A stretch of DNA of 14,174 nucleotides. Origin: Bugula neritina (taxonomy: Eukaryota; Animalia; Bryozoa). The notes below the pieces were generated by a model that worked only from the letters and a program-made list of their open reading frames with translations, was not told where the DNA came from and did no database searches. The stretch lies in NCBI GenBank assembly GCA_964035545.1, contig CAXIUT010000281.1, positions 1 through 14,174 on the forward strand. Direction: 5' to 3'. Below, in pieces: positions 1 through 9,594 of this stretch (positions are counted from its first letter, which is position 1; each line of letters starts with the position of its first letter). The translations under genes and the position numbers were made by a program.

Positions 1-597
1 TACTTTATGGGGTAGTATAGTTTTGCTAATGAAGTTAGTCTAGCTGTGTGTCCTCCCATCAAGATTAAGTAATTTACTGAAGGAAAACATATCAACGAAA
101 CCTTCAAACTCATCAACAAATAGTACAAAACAGTCCTAGAACAAAAATATGGCAAAAAAGTACAATATCTACTAGTTCTGTCTCTCTTGGGAATAACCTA
201 CCACCAAGTCTACGATAACATCTTTGAAGAGATGAATTTCTAAGAAGTGATGGGGAAGATAGGAGAGTAGATATGTAAAAAGCAATAGAAGAAAAAGAAA
301 TATCTGATAATAAATAACAGTCTTTTACACAAGAAGTAAATATTGCAATAATTTCAACACAAATATCAAATAAAGATCATTTTCATACCACCCAGATCTT
401 CAATGCTCAATCCTTTATAGTACTTATTTAGTTAGATAAAGATGATAATGAAAAGTAGAATACAAAGAAATAGAAAAATATACAGATAGCTACTAGAATA
501 AATACTGTAGGAATTCAAATACAAAAACATGCATAACTTCTACTACTGCCTCAAAACATATATTCAACTATCCATCAACCAGTAACCCTTCAAATGA
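1..597 (+). CDS. IS630/Tc1-mariner (DDE_3-like) transposase-derived protein, 5' part outside the window; catalytic triad apparently replaced by N/N/Q
   Basis: Frame 1 is open with TAR=Gln to TGA 595-597. YSFANEVS resembles F-x-D-E-S; YLIINNSLLHK resembles LIMDNAxxHK; IIFIPPRSSMLNPLQYLFSQIK resembles LLFLPPYSPDLNPIEQxFSxxK. There are 34 residues between the second and third triad positions. Confidence 0.75.
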
Positions 598-960
598 TTT
601 ATTTAGTCCTTTATCCATTCATGCTGTCTTTAAATATCAATCTTTAAACTACTTTATCATTTGTCAATTAAATAATACTTAACCATCTTCATCATATCTT
701 CAACTCATGATCTTTATATACTACTAGAAACTCTTAAATTTATCACATCCTCTTAAGTAATATTAACTCAAGTACTCATTTCAGATAGTTCTATAATACA
801 TCATTAATAAAATATAAAAATACAACTACAACTGACACCCAATCAATATTAAACAACTATTTCAACAATACTCAAAATAGTTAAAAATACTATCACATAA
901 TAATAGTCATAATTGCTATTAGTACTATCAACTAAAAGTCATTGGTACAATTACACGATA

Positions 961-2658
961 AACTAGTAGTTATTAGTACTATCAACTAGTAGTTATTAGT
1001 ACTATCAACTAGTAGTTATTAGTACTATCAACTAGTAGTCATTAGTACTATCAACTAGTAGTTATTAGTACTATCAACTAGTAGTCATTAGTACTATCAA
1101 CTAGTAGTCATTAGTACTATCAACTAGTAGTTATTAGTACTATCAACTAGTAGTCATTAGTACTATCAACTAGTAGTCATTAGTACTATCAACTAGTAGT
1201 TATTAGTACTATCAACTAGTAGTCATTAGTACTATCAACTAGTAGTCATTAGTACTATCAACTAGTAGTCATTAGTACTATCAACTAGTAGTTATTAGTA
1301 CTATCAACTAGTAGTCATTAGTACTATCAACTAGTAGTCATTAGTACTATCAACTAGTAGTCATTAGTACTATCAACTAGTAGTCATTAGTACTATCAAC
1401 TAGTAGTTATTAGTACTATCAACTAGTAGTCATTAGTACTATCAACTAGTAGTCATTAGTACTATCAACTAGTAGTCATTAGTACTATCAACTAGTAGTC
1501 ATTAGTACTATCAACTAGTAGTCATTAGTACTATCAACTAGTAGTTATTAGTACTATCAACTAGTAGTCATTAGTACTATCAACTAGTAGTTATTAGTAC
1601 TATCAACTAGTAGTCATTAGTACTATCAACTAGTAGTCATTAGTACTATCAACTAGTAGTTATTAGTACTATCAACTAGTAGTCATTAGTACTATCAACT
1701 AGTAGTTATTAGTACTATCAACTAGTAGTCATTAGTACTATCAACTAGTAGTTATTAGTACTATCAACTAGTAGTTATTAGTACTATCAACTAGTAGTTA
1801 TTAGTACTATCAACTAGTAGTCATTAGTACTATCAACTAGTAGTTATTAGTACTATCAACTAGTAGTCATTAGTACTATCAACTAGTAGTCATTAGTACT
1901 ATCAACTAGTAGTCATTAGTACTATCAACTAGTAGTCATTAGTACTATCAACTAGTAGTCATTAGTACTATCAACTAGTAGTCATTAGTACTATCAACTA
2001 GTAGTCATTAGTACTATCAACTAGTAGTTATTAGTACTATCAACTAGTAGTCATTAGTACTATCAACTAGTAGTCATTAGTACTATCAACTAGTAGTCAT
2101 TAGTACTATCAACTAGTAGTCATTAGTACTATCAACTAGTAGTTATTAGTACTATCAACTAGTAGTCATTAGTACTATCAACTAGTAGTCATTAGTACTA
2201 TCAACTAGTAGTTATTAGTACTATCAACTAGTAGTCATTAGTACTATCAACTAGTAGTTATTAGTACTATCAACTAGTAGTCATTAGTACTATCAACTAG
2301 TAGTCATTAGTACTATCAACTAGTAGTTATTAGTACTATCAACTAGTAGTCATTAGTACTATCAACTAGTAGTCATTAGTACTATCAACTAGTAGTCATT
2401 AGTACTATCAACTAGTAGTCATTAGTACTATCAACTAGTAGTCATTAGTACTATCAACTAGTAGTTATTAGTACTATCAACTAGTAGTCATTAGTACTAT
2501 CAACTAGTAGTCATTAGTACTATCAACTAGTAGTCATTAGTACTATCAACTAGTAGTCATTAGTACTATCAACTAGTAGTCATTAGTACTATCAACTAGT
2601 AGTCATTAGTACTATCAACTAGTAGTCATTAGTACTATCAACTAGTAGTCATTAGTAC
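961..2658. repeat. 23-bp tandem minisatellite, AACTAGTAGT(C/T)ATTAGTACTATC, about 74 copies
   Basis: Exact 23-bp period with one variable position (about 52 C and 22 T by hand count). Degenerate copies lie at about 917-960 and 2659-2675. Confidence 0.98.
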
Positions 2659-2744
2659 AATTACACTATCAACTATTCCTCATTATTACTATTATTATTA
2701 TAGATTAATTTGATGGTATAGTAGATGATAATGATGATAGATGA

Positions 2745-3464
2745 TCACTTTCTGAAGTATATTTTATAATTTTTAATATTTTTTTTATTTTTATAATTTT
2801 TAACTTGTTTAACAACTACATCTTCTCTAACAACATATTAAGACACAAACAAGACGGCCATGACTATCAGGACTAGGAAATATATTCCTATAAAGCTAAT
2901 AATGATGGTCATTCCTCCTCCAGAGCTAGCCATTTCTGTTAGAAATATCTATTGGCTTTTGGCGACTACAAGCAGACAAATGATAACCAAAAAGGCAATC
3001 AGCATGAGGATGTAAATAAATAAGATGCATTTGATTTGTTGTTTTTGTTTTTGGTAGTTTTTTCTAAATTGATCGCAATCGAAAGTTCTGGTGTTAGCCA
3101 GTTAATAGTTGAAAAGGTTGTGGCAAACCTAGCAACTAATGGTTTTGTTGTTTTGTTGTTGCTATAGTTTACGTTTTATCCACTCCCTTAGACAATGTTC
3201 ATGGGCGTATTATATTGAACCATTGCATTTGCAGGGAATTATTATCTTGTTGCTTTATTACTATGGCATAAGACTGCTGCCTTGTTATTATGGCTATAGA
3301 CAGATGCGGCATTACTTTTTATGGGATGTCTTTCTAATCTATTTAAGCTAGCTTACCAGATGTTTTTATATGTTGTTCATAGGTGCTATCTTCTGGGATG
3401 GAAATTTAACTGGAACGCACATCGAAGAAGAATCCATAGGCTAGGGCTAGTTGTTGCTTTCCAT
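2745..3464 (-). CDS. RING-CH (RINGv/MARCH-type) E3 ubiquitin ligase with two C-terminal transmembrane segments, about 239 aa
   Basis: ATG 3464 to TGA 2745 is open with TAR=Gln. CRIC...IPCKCNGSIQYAHEHCLREWI...SCQVC gives the C4HC3 pattern, followed by hydrophobic runs ILFIYILMLIAFLVIICLLVVA and MTIIISFIGIYFLVLIVMAVLFVS. An in-frame 18-nt GT..AG at 3339-3356 may be an intron. Confidence 0.9.
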
Positions 3465-3592
3465 TCTATGCTTTCGAAATTAATATAAAACCATTTCATT
3501 ACAATTCATAAATATAGCGACTCAGCCATTGATACTGGTTGATTTTTATTCTTTTTAAATATTGTTATGAATTAAAGTTATTTCGAATGACA

Positions 3593-3735
3593 ATATGATT
3601 AATAACAGCTATGAATGATACAATAGATAACAGCTATGAATGATACAATATGATTAATAACAGGTATGATTGATATGAACGATATGATTAATAAGAGGTA
3701 TGAATGATATGATTAAGAAGAGGTGTGATTGATAA
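3593..3735. repeat. Degenerate ~25-bp repeats in the divergent intergenic region
   Basis: TAACAGCTATGAATGATACAATA occurs twice, plus several variants of ATATGATTAATAA(C/G)AGGTATGA(A/T)TG. Confidence 0.7.
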
Positions 3736-3753
3736 TTAATAAATAATAAGGGT

Positions 3754-5262
3754 ATGTAGCAAAAGCATTTTATTTTGCTTCCTAACAAGCCTGCCCACTT
3801 CATATCAATAGGTACTTCTTTGAACTGTATTTTACCTTCATCAATCAAACCAGTCAACACTGCCCAGTCTATATTTGAGTCTCTGAAATATCTACCTAAA
3901 ATATCATACTTGGACAAGTAAATCAAATAGTTGAGTATTACTTGTATTCCAGCTTTAGACCTTTCGTACCAAGTGGAGTAGTCTTTCAAACCTTCATTAG
4001 CCTATTTGATTAAAACATAAAAATAAACTTCAATAAAAGGCTATCTATCAGGACATCGTTCTGGGTTGATATAACAAAATGGCAAACTGCTGAGATATAA
4101 AGGATGTGGGAATGATGGGGAGGGGTTCGTAGTCTTAAAAGGACAACTTTACGGCAGTCATTTTTTTCATACTGCTAAAAGAGAGATGTACATGACTGAG
4201 TTAGTTAATAGTCTGTTGTTAAAGGAAATAGGAGAAGAAAGTGCCAATAAATCTCTTTTGTTCTATTAGTATCCTCGCAATATAGCTGAATACGGATTGA
4301 AAAATGATATACCTTTGCTAGGGAAGTACTGTTGTGTATTTGAGACAATTGGAGATAGAAGAATTGGAACGCATCTCATCAGTCCTTTGGAATTGTTATT
4401 TGTTAATTTGTTTTAGGCTAAATAAAGTGATTTATAAGGGTTGTTTAGAGATAGATAAAGGTTGGATTAATATGGTTTAACATAGCTGCTGATAGACTTT
4501 TAGATAGAAGTCGATAAGGGGGAAAGGTTTATTGAAAAGTATGATCAGAGAGAGTAGTTGCATGGATATATTAGTCTTGGAGAGTTGATCTAGAAAGGAA
4601 TGTTAAAAATGGTTGATAATCCATAGGAAGTAGTAACTATGGTTGAAAATAAGTTTATTGGGAATAATAAATTTATATTGAAGTAGTTATTAAAGTAGAA
4701 AAAGAATTTGTTGGGATGGATAAACTTATTGGTGGAGAAGGTGGGTTGGTAGATGGGTCAGATAAAGCGTATATTTAGCATGAGGGGAATTAACTGGGGA
4801 TATTTTAGTGATAAGGGAACCAATCACTGTAACGCCCATCTTAACAACTTTGTTATCAAATAACCTAAAATCAATAGTAGATTAAGTATACCACTTGATT
4901 TCGATATGGCCTTTACCAAAGAGGAATTCATTCCATTCCAGGGAGAGAAGTATGCATAGAGGGATGATGATGGATTTGAAGGGTTGTTAATGGCAGAGTA
5001 TAGAGCTATGGAAATGGCTGTTTCAGGAATGGAGTTGATGGATAACTTCAAATATGGAATCTAAGAGGATAAAGAAAATTCTTTGTTGAGGAAGATGTTG
5101 AAGGTGGTGTTTAGAGACGGATTAGTTAGGAGTTTTAGATGGGGAATGAAGGGAAGAAAAGAAGAGTATGAAAGGATAAATAAAGAGTGGGACTTTAATA
5201 TCAAGGAAATTCATGGTTTGGTCTAGAGCTGTTTGCTTATTTCTAATGATTTCAACACATGA
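3754..5262 (+). CDS. Kinase-like fold protein resembling the SelO (protein adenylyltransferase) family, 502 aa, no introns needed
   Basis: 1509-nt frame open with TAR=Gln, ending in TGA. Motifs in order: SGHRSG (4048), LRYKGCG (about 4090), TAKRE (4171), HCNAHLNN (4825), LDFD (4894). These parallel the SelO motifs GDGR, QLKGxG, RE, HGVMNTDN and IDYG. The CDS is well supported; the family call is by eye. Confidence 0.7.
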
Positions 5263-5351
5263 TAATAGATATTCCAAAAAAATCATTCCTTTTTGTTGAT
5301 CGATATTTTAGATATGAAAATGATGTAATAAATAGATAATAGATATATTGT

Positions 5352-6245
5352 ATGCTATTCCTGAAGAGATCAAGAGTTTTTTCTTCTTTTTTAACAAATA
5401 AACTTGTCAACTGTCTGATTACTCACAAATATAGTTATGGTCAAGGGGGACAGATGCATCTGGATTTGACTCATCGAAGATATAATATAACTTTATAGAC
5501 CTTTTGGTAAGATTATAGTTAGTTATAAATCAATGGTCTTTCTGGAAATAAAAATTTCTATATCTATGAAGATCATGGAAATGCTCATTTTAGTGATTCT
5601 GATCTATAGCTAAATCTTTAAGAATAAATTAAGGTTCATTTGAAAATTCCTTAGGATTATACTCTTAAAGGGTAGGTTAAAGGCAGTTTGATTCATCGAG
5701 AAGGGTCGGTTGGTCGAAATATGCGATCAGATCCTTTTAGTTTGAATATTTTGGGGGAAGGGAATCGTTTGTAGTTGGGAAATATAAAAAGCTAGAGGGC
5801 TGATTTATCAAACAAAAAGGGTAAAATTGGTTTATCAGGATTGACTGTACAACAAGGAAACATAATATCAAAAACATTATAAAGCAAGAAGTTGATGACA
5901 TCGCAAAAGATATCTATCGATTGTTTATAAATAAATATTCGTAGTTTGCTGATGTTTGGCTAATCTAGAGGACTTATCAAGGGAAATAAAATCAGTATTG
6001 AGTCGATATCTGGGGAAAGTTAGATTTAAGGGGAGTTAGTTGATATTTAACGTTATTATGGAGGTAAAGATAACATAAAAATACTGTGCAAAAAGATAAA
6101 CAAAAAAATAGGAATTTAAACAGGAACTGGTTTTATTTGCTTTAATACTGAGGAATAGGCTTTAGAAAGTTTAGAAAAGGTTCTACTTGGTAGGATGCAC
6201 CGTGGAAAGGTAGCAGTGAACGCTGCTAGCATTTAAATAATATGA
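5352..6245 (+). CDS. Hypothetical protein, 297 aa, with a possible mitochondrial presequence and a Gly/Ile/Ser-rich beta-repeat region (DUF4097/FAM185A-like, tentative)
   Basis: ATG 5352 to TGA 6243-6245 is open with TAR=Gln. The N-terminus MLFLKRSRVFSSFLTNK is basic and free of acidic residues. VHLKIPQDYTL is followed by short G-x-I type strands. Confidence 0.65.
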
Positions 6246-6261
6246 TAGTTGTATATTTAAA

Positions 6262-7522
6262 ATGTCAAAACGTATATTTGCTGATAAAGAGCCAGCTCCT
6301 TTGACCGACAACGGAAGGACTCCTTCTTGTTATTATCACAAGCAGCCGATTACTCATTTTTGCACCAAAAGTATAGCGATTGAAAAGTAGAAAAGTGCAC
6401 TCTGCCTTTATGCCAAGAGTGTTTGTAGATTCATCGCAAAGAACATATCAGTAATAAAGAAATAGCTATGTAAGGAGTGGTTAAATTCTAAGAAGCAAGA
6501 GGGAAATCACTGGCAGCTTTTGAGTAGAGAAAGAAAGAAATCGAAAAAGTACAGATAGATAAAGTTAGATACAGGAACTGTTCAAGGAGAGAGTGTATGA
6601 TTATAGACAAAGGATACTATAAGTGGTTGATTTTTATTTGTAGGAGATGAGTGGAGAAAGTCTGATGGCTGATGGAAATTTGTAATTACTACAAGAGATG
6701 GATGAGAGGACTAAGGAAATTAGAAGAGGTTCTTTGAAGGAGATGATCAGATACTATGAGGATACCTATGGAGCTGAGCATTTTAGAAAGCTGTATAAGA
6801 TGTACTTTGGAGATTACTTATCTAATATTCGGTTCGAGCTTGATAAGGTGAAGATAAAAGAGGCAGTGAAGGCAGGTGTTATTAATACTAATACAAAGGA
6901 GATTTAGTTGAAGAAAAATGCTGAATAGAAGGTTATAATACAAAGTATGGGTAAAAAGAATAGTGAATCTCCATCAATATTTTAAAATGAAGAGTTTCAA
7001 TCTTTATCGATTCGCTAGACTAAATCTTTTGAACTAGAGAATAATCCTATTTTTATTCATCCTCAAAAGACGAGTATTCGGGATAGTAAAGTATCTGTTT
7101 CATCTGTTTCTTCATCTAAGTTGCTTAAAAAAATCCCTGAAATTAATATCTACACTCATCATAACCATTAAACTTAAAAATTGTCAAATTTACCTTCTAG
7201 TAATACTTCTAGGAGTAAAAGTAAAAGAAAAGGACTTAGTTTGGCCAAATCTCATGGATAGTTGCCTGTAGCTACTAAACAATCCTTTAAAAAAGAAGAT
7301 GTTTAAAGTAATCAAAGTCATAGAAAAAATAACTGGAGACAATTCATCAATTTAGCTGGAACTAATAGTGGGTAGACTAAGAAGTAAAACGACAACTAAG
7401 GTTAGAGACCTATATTAAATCCTAGGTAAATGAGACAATTGATAGTCAGAAAGAACAAGGAGAGTTAGTTTAACAGTGATAAAGCGAGGGAGTTAGTTGT
7501 GCCTGTCTCATAGAAGGCATGA
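6262..7522 (+). CDS. B-box-type zinc finger protein with a helical middle region and S/K/N-rich tail, about 406 aa; introns 6371-6390 and 6549-6568
   Basis: The spliced product contains CYYHKQPITHFCTKKKCTLPLCQECLQIHRKEH. Removing the two 20-nt introns gives one frame that includes the supplied 6698 ORF and ends at TGA 7520-7522. Confidence 0.85.
6371..6390 (+). other. 20-nt spliceosomal intron
   Basis: GTATAGCGATTGAAAAGTAG; removal joins the two halves of the B-box. Confidence 0.85.
6549..6568 (+). other. 20-nt spliceosomal intron
   Basis: GTACAGATAGATAAAGTTAG; removal restores the frame into the long downstream exon. Confidence 0.8.
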
Positions 7523-7623
7523 CAATGATATTATTGATGTTTTAATTCTTGTATTTTGTCAAATAACTATGGATCGATGATTGAAAAAGAGTTGTGAAAT
7601 AAGCTGTAGATCGAGTAGAAAGA

Positions 7624-7831
7624 TCATTTATTAGTTTAGTGATACAAATTCATATTTTTTTGGACACAAGATTCATATTCTGAGAGATAATCTGCTTATA
7701 GAATAAATACATTTGCAGTAGTTATCATTAAATCCATAATTCTTTTAGCATAAATGGTACTCTATCTATTTCTTTCGACAGGGATCTTTCTTTAATACTC
7801 TTCTTTCTTATATCACTACTGCTTTATCCAT
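7624..7831 (-). CDS. Twin CX9C (CHCH) small protein, 62 aa, Cox23/CHCHD7/Cmc-like, probably mitochondrial intermembrane space; intron 7692-7710
   Basis: Spliced product: MDKAVVIQERRVLKKDPCRKKQIEYHLCQKNYGFNDNYCKYYLSEYESCVQKNMNLYHQTNK*, with an exact C-X9-C-X10-C-X9-C pattern. Confidence 0.85.
7692..7710 (-). other. 19-nt spliceosomal intron
   Basis: GTATTTATTCTATAAGCAG on the minus strand; removal gives the second CX9C with exact spacing. Confidence 0.88.
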
Positions 7832-7925
7832 TTGCTTTAAATATTTCACTAATATAAATAAACAAATAATTGAGATCAGCCAATATAATGGTGATTAATA
7901 TATAAAGTAATAATTCTTTTATAAG

Positions 7926-9352
7926 ATGGAGGAGAATAATTCTAAAATGAATAGACGAGATCGCAAGAGACATTAACAATAGATGCAAAAACTAAAAGAT
8001 ATTCAATAACTGGAGTAAAATTTTGAAAAAAAACTTGGCTTTCAATAAGATCTACTTCAATTAGGTAAAAATGATAAACCTAACTAAAATAAAAAATATC
8101 ATAAGAAGTTTAATGAAGAAGAAAATAATTAATATAAATAAAAAGCAAGGAAAAAAGGTAGAGAATAAAAAGGAAACTATCATCACAACTATAATCCTTT
8201 TAATTAGTTGATAGGGGATAAATAACAGAAAGACAACGAATAAGATGAGTCTGAAGAGTTTTCTGGTAGAGGGTATCGAGGAGATAGAGGGGATAGAGGA
8301 AGAGGTGATAGAAATAGAGGAAACAGAAACAATAGAGGAAGAGGAGAATATCGAGACTATGATAGAGAAAGGAGGGAAGAGGATAATGAAGAGAGACCTA
8401 AAGGAAGAGAAGACTATCGGCAAAGAGATAGAAACAATAGAGATGAAAGGAGGGAAGAGGATAATGAAGAGAGACCTAAAGGAAGAGAAGACTATCGGCA
8501 AAGAGATAGAAACAATAGAGATGAAAGCAGGTAAGATGGAAATAAAAGATATGAAAGAAGATAAGATAAATATAACAGAAATGAGAAATAATATAAAAAC
8601 TAGGATAAGAGATAGTATAGACAGGAATGGAATAGGGATCATTAATAAAACAAATAGAGAGTTAATTTCAGAGATCAGTTCAGAAAGGAAGAAAATCGGC
8701 CAAAAGGTAGAGAAAATAATCGTGGAAAGGGAAGAAATGTTGAAGAAGAGGAATAATTGCAGTTTTAAAACAACAAAATAGATGAAGGAATGAATGATTT
8801 GAAGAATTAAAAAAGAGAAAGAAAGGAAAAGGAGATTTATGAAGGAAAAGAAAGATTTGATAAGGGAAAAGAAAGATTTGAAAAGGGAAAAAAAAATGAC
8901 AATTTTTACAAATACTAGAAAAGAGATGATTACAAAAAGAATAAGGATTATCGAGTGGAAAGAGAGGATAAGTCAGATTTTAAACAAAAGAACAAGTATG
9001 ATAGAGAAGATATCTACCAGAAAAGGTAGAAGTGGTAGAAAAGTAGCAAAGTTGAGAAGTCTGTTGTGGAGGAATAGAGAGTTAAGGAGATAGCTAAAGA
9101 GATAGGAAGTAGAGAGAGCAGTGAAATACCCTAGTATTTAATATGTCCGATAACTCAGGGTAATATTATAATGATATAGTGTTGATGGTATCTCCGATGA
9201 TCCTGACGAGTTGTGGTCATACGTTTGAATAGGTGGCGATTCGGGAGTGGTTGGTCAAACAGAAGAGTTGTCCGTTGTGTCAGAAGGCAGCTTAGACCTC
9301 TAGTTTGATTAAGAACTTTGCATTGTGCGAAGTTTGTTCTTCTTTTAAGTGA
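7926..9352 (+). CDS. U-box/RING-like domain protein (E3 ligase) with a long charged, RG/RD-rich disordered N-terminus, about 468 aa; intron 9160-9179
   Basis: Frame 3 is open from ATG 7926. The C-terminus after splicing reads EIPQYLICPITQVLMVSPMILTSCGHTFEQVAIREWLVKQKSCPLCQKAAQTSSLIKNFAL and ends at TGA 9350-9352. Confidence 0.9.
8367..8527 (+). repeat. 78-nt (26-aa) exact tandem duplication within the U-box gene
   Basis: ERREEDNEERPKGREDYRQRDRNNRD twice, starting at 8367 and 8445. Confidence 0.95.
9160..9179 (+). other. 20-nt spliceosomal intron
   Basis: GTAATATTATAATGATATAG; removal restores the U-box segment CPITQVLMVSP. Confidence 0.88.
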
Positions 9353-9386
9353 TAATATATGTTGATAGCTTGATATATTAATTATC

Positions 9387-9586
9387 ATTGTTCAATAGGC
9401 TGTAATATGATAATTGTTCAATAGGCTAATATGATAATTGTTCAATAGGCTGTAATATGATAATTGTTCAATAGGCTAATATGATAATTGTTCAATAGGC
9501 TGTAATATGATAATTGTTCAATAGGCTAATATGATAATTGTTCAATAGGCTGTAATATGATAATTGTTCAATAGGCTAATATGATA
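9387..9586. repeat. 50-bp higher-order repeat, four copies, made of alternating 26-bp and 24-bp monomers
   Basis: ATTGTTCAATAGGCTGTAATATGATA alternates strictly with ATTGTTCAATAGGCTAATATGATA. Confidence 0.97.
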
Positions 9587-9594
9587 TATAATGA

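Noticed and set aside
418-420. TAG=Glu (peritrich-type code), which would restore the transposase catalytic Glu
   Set aside because: TAG/TAA interchange with CAG/CAA in repeat copies and poly-Q runs, and the two Asp positions would still be Asn.
961-2658. CRISPR array
   Set aside because: The units are directly adjacent with no unique spacers, the context is eukaryotic and there are no cas genes.
961-2658. Protein-coding repeat, since the plus strand has no TGA in any frame
   Set aside because: The 23-bp period is not a multiple of 3, no clear start codon leads into it, and the lack of TGA follows trivially from the unit sequence.
5507-5522. Possible 16-nt intron GTAAGATTATAGTTAG
   Set aside because: The frame from ATG 5352 reads straight through without splicing.
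2745-9352. Functional cluster of ubiquitin-related (RING-CH, B-box, U-box) or mitochondrial genes
   Set aside because: These families are large in ciliates and operon-like clustering is not expected, so chance is a sufficient explanation.
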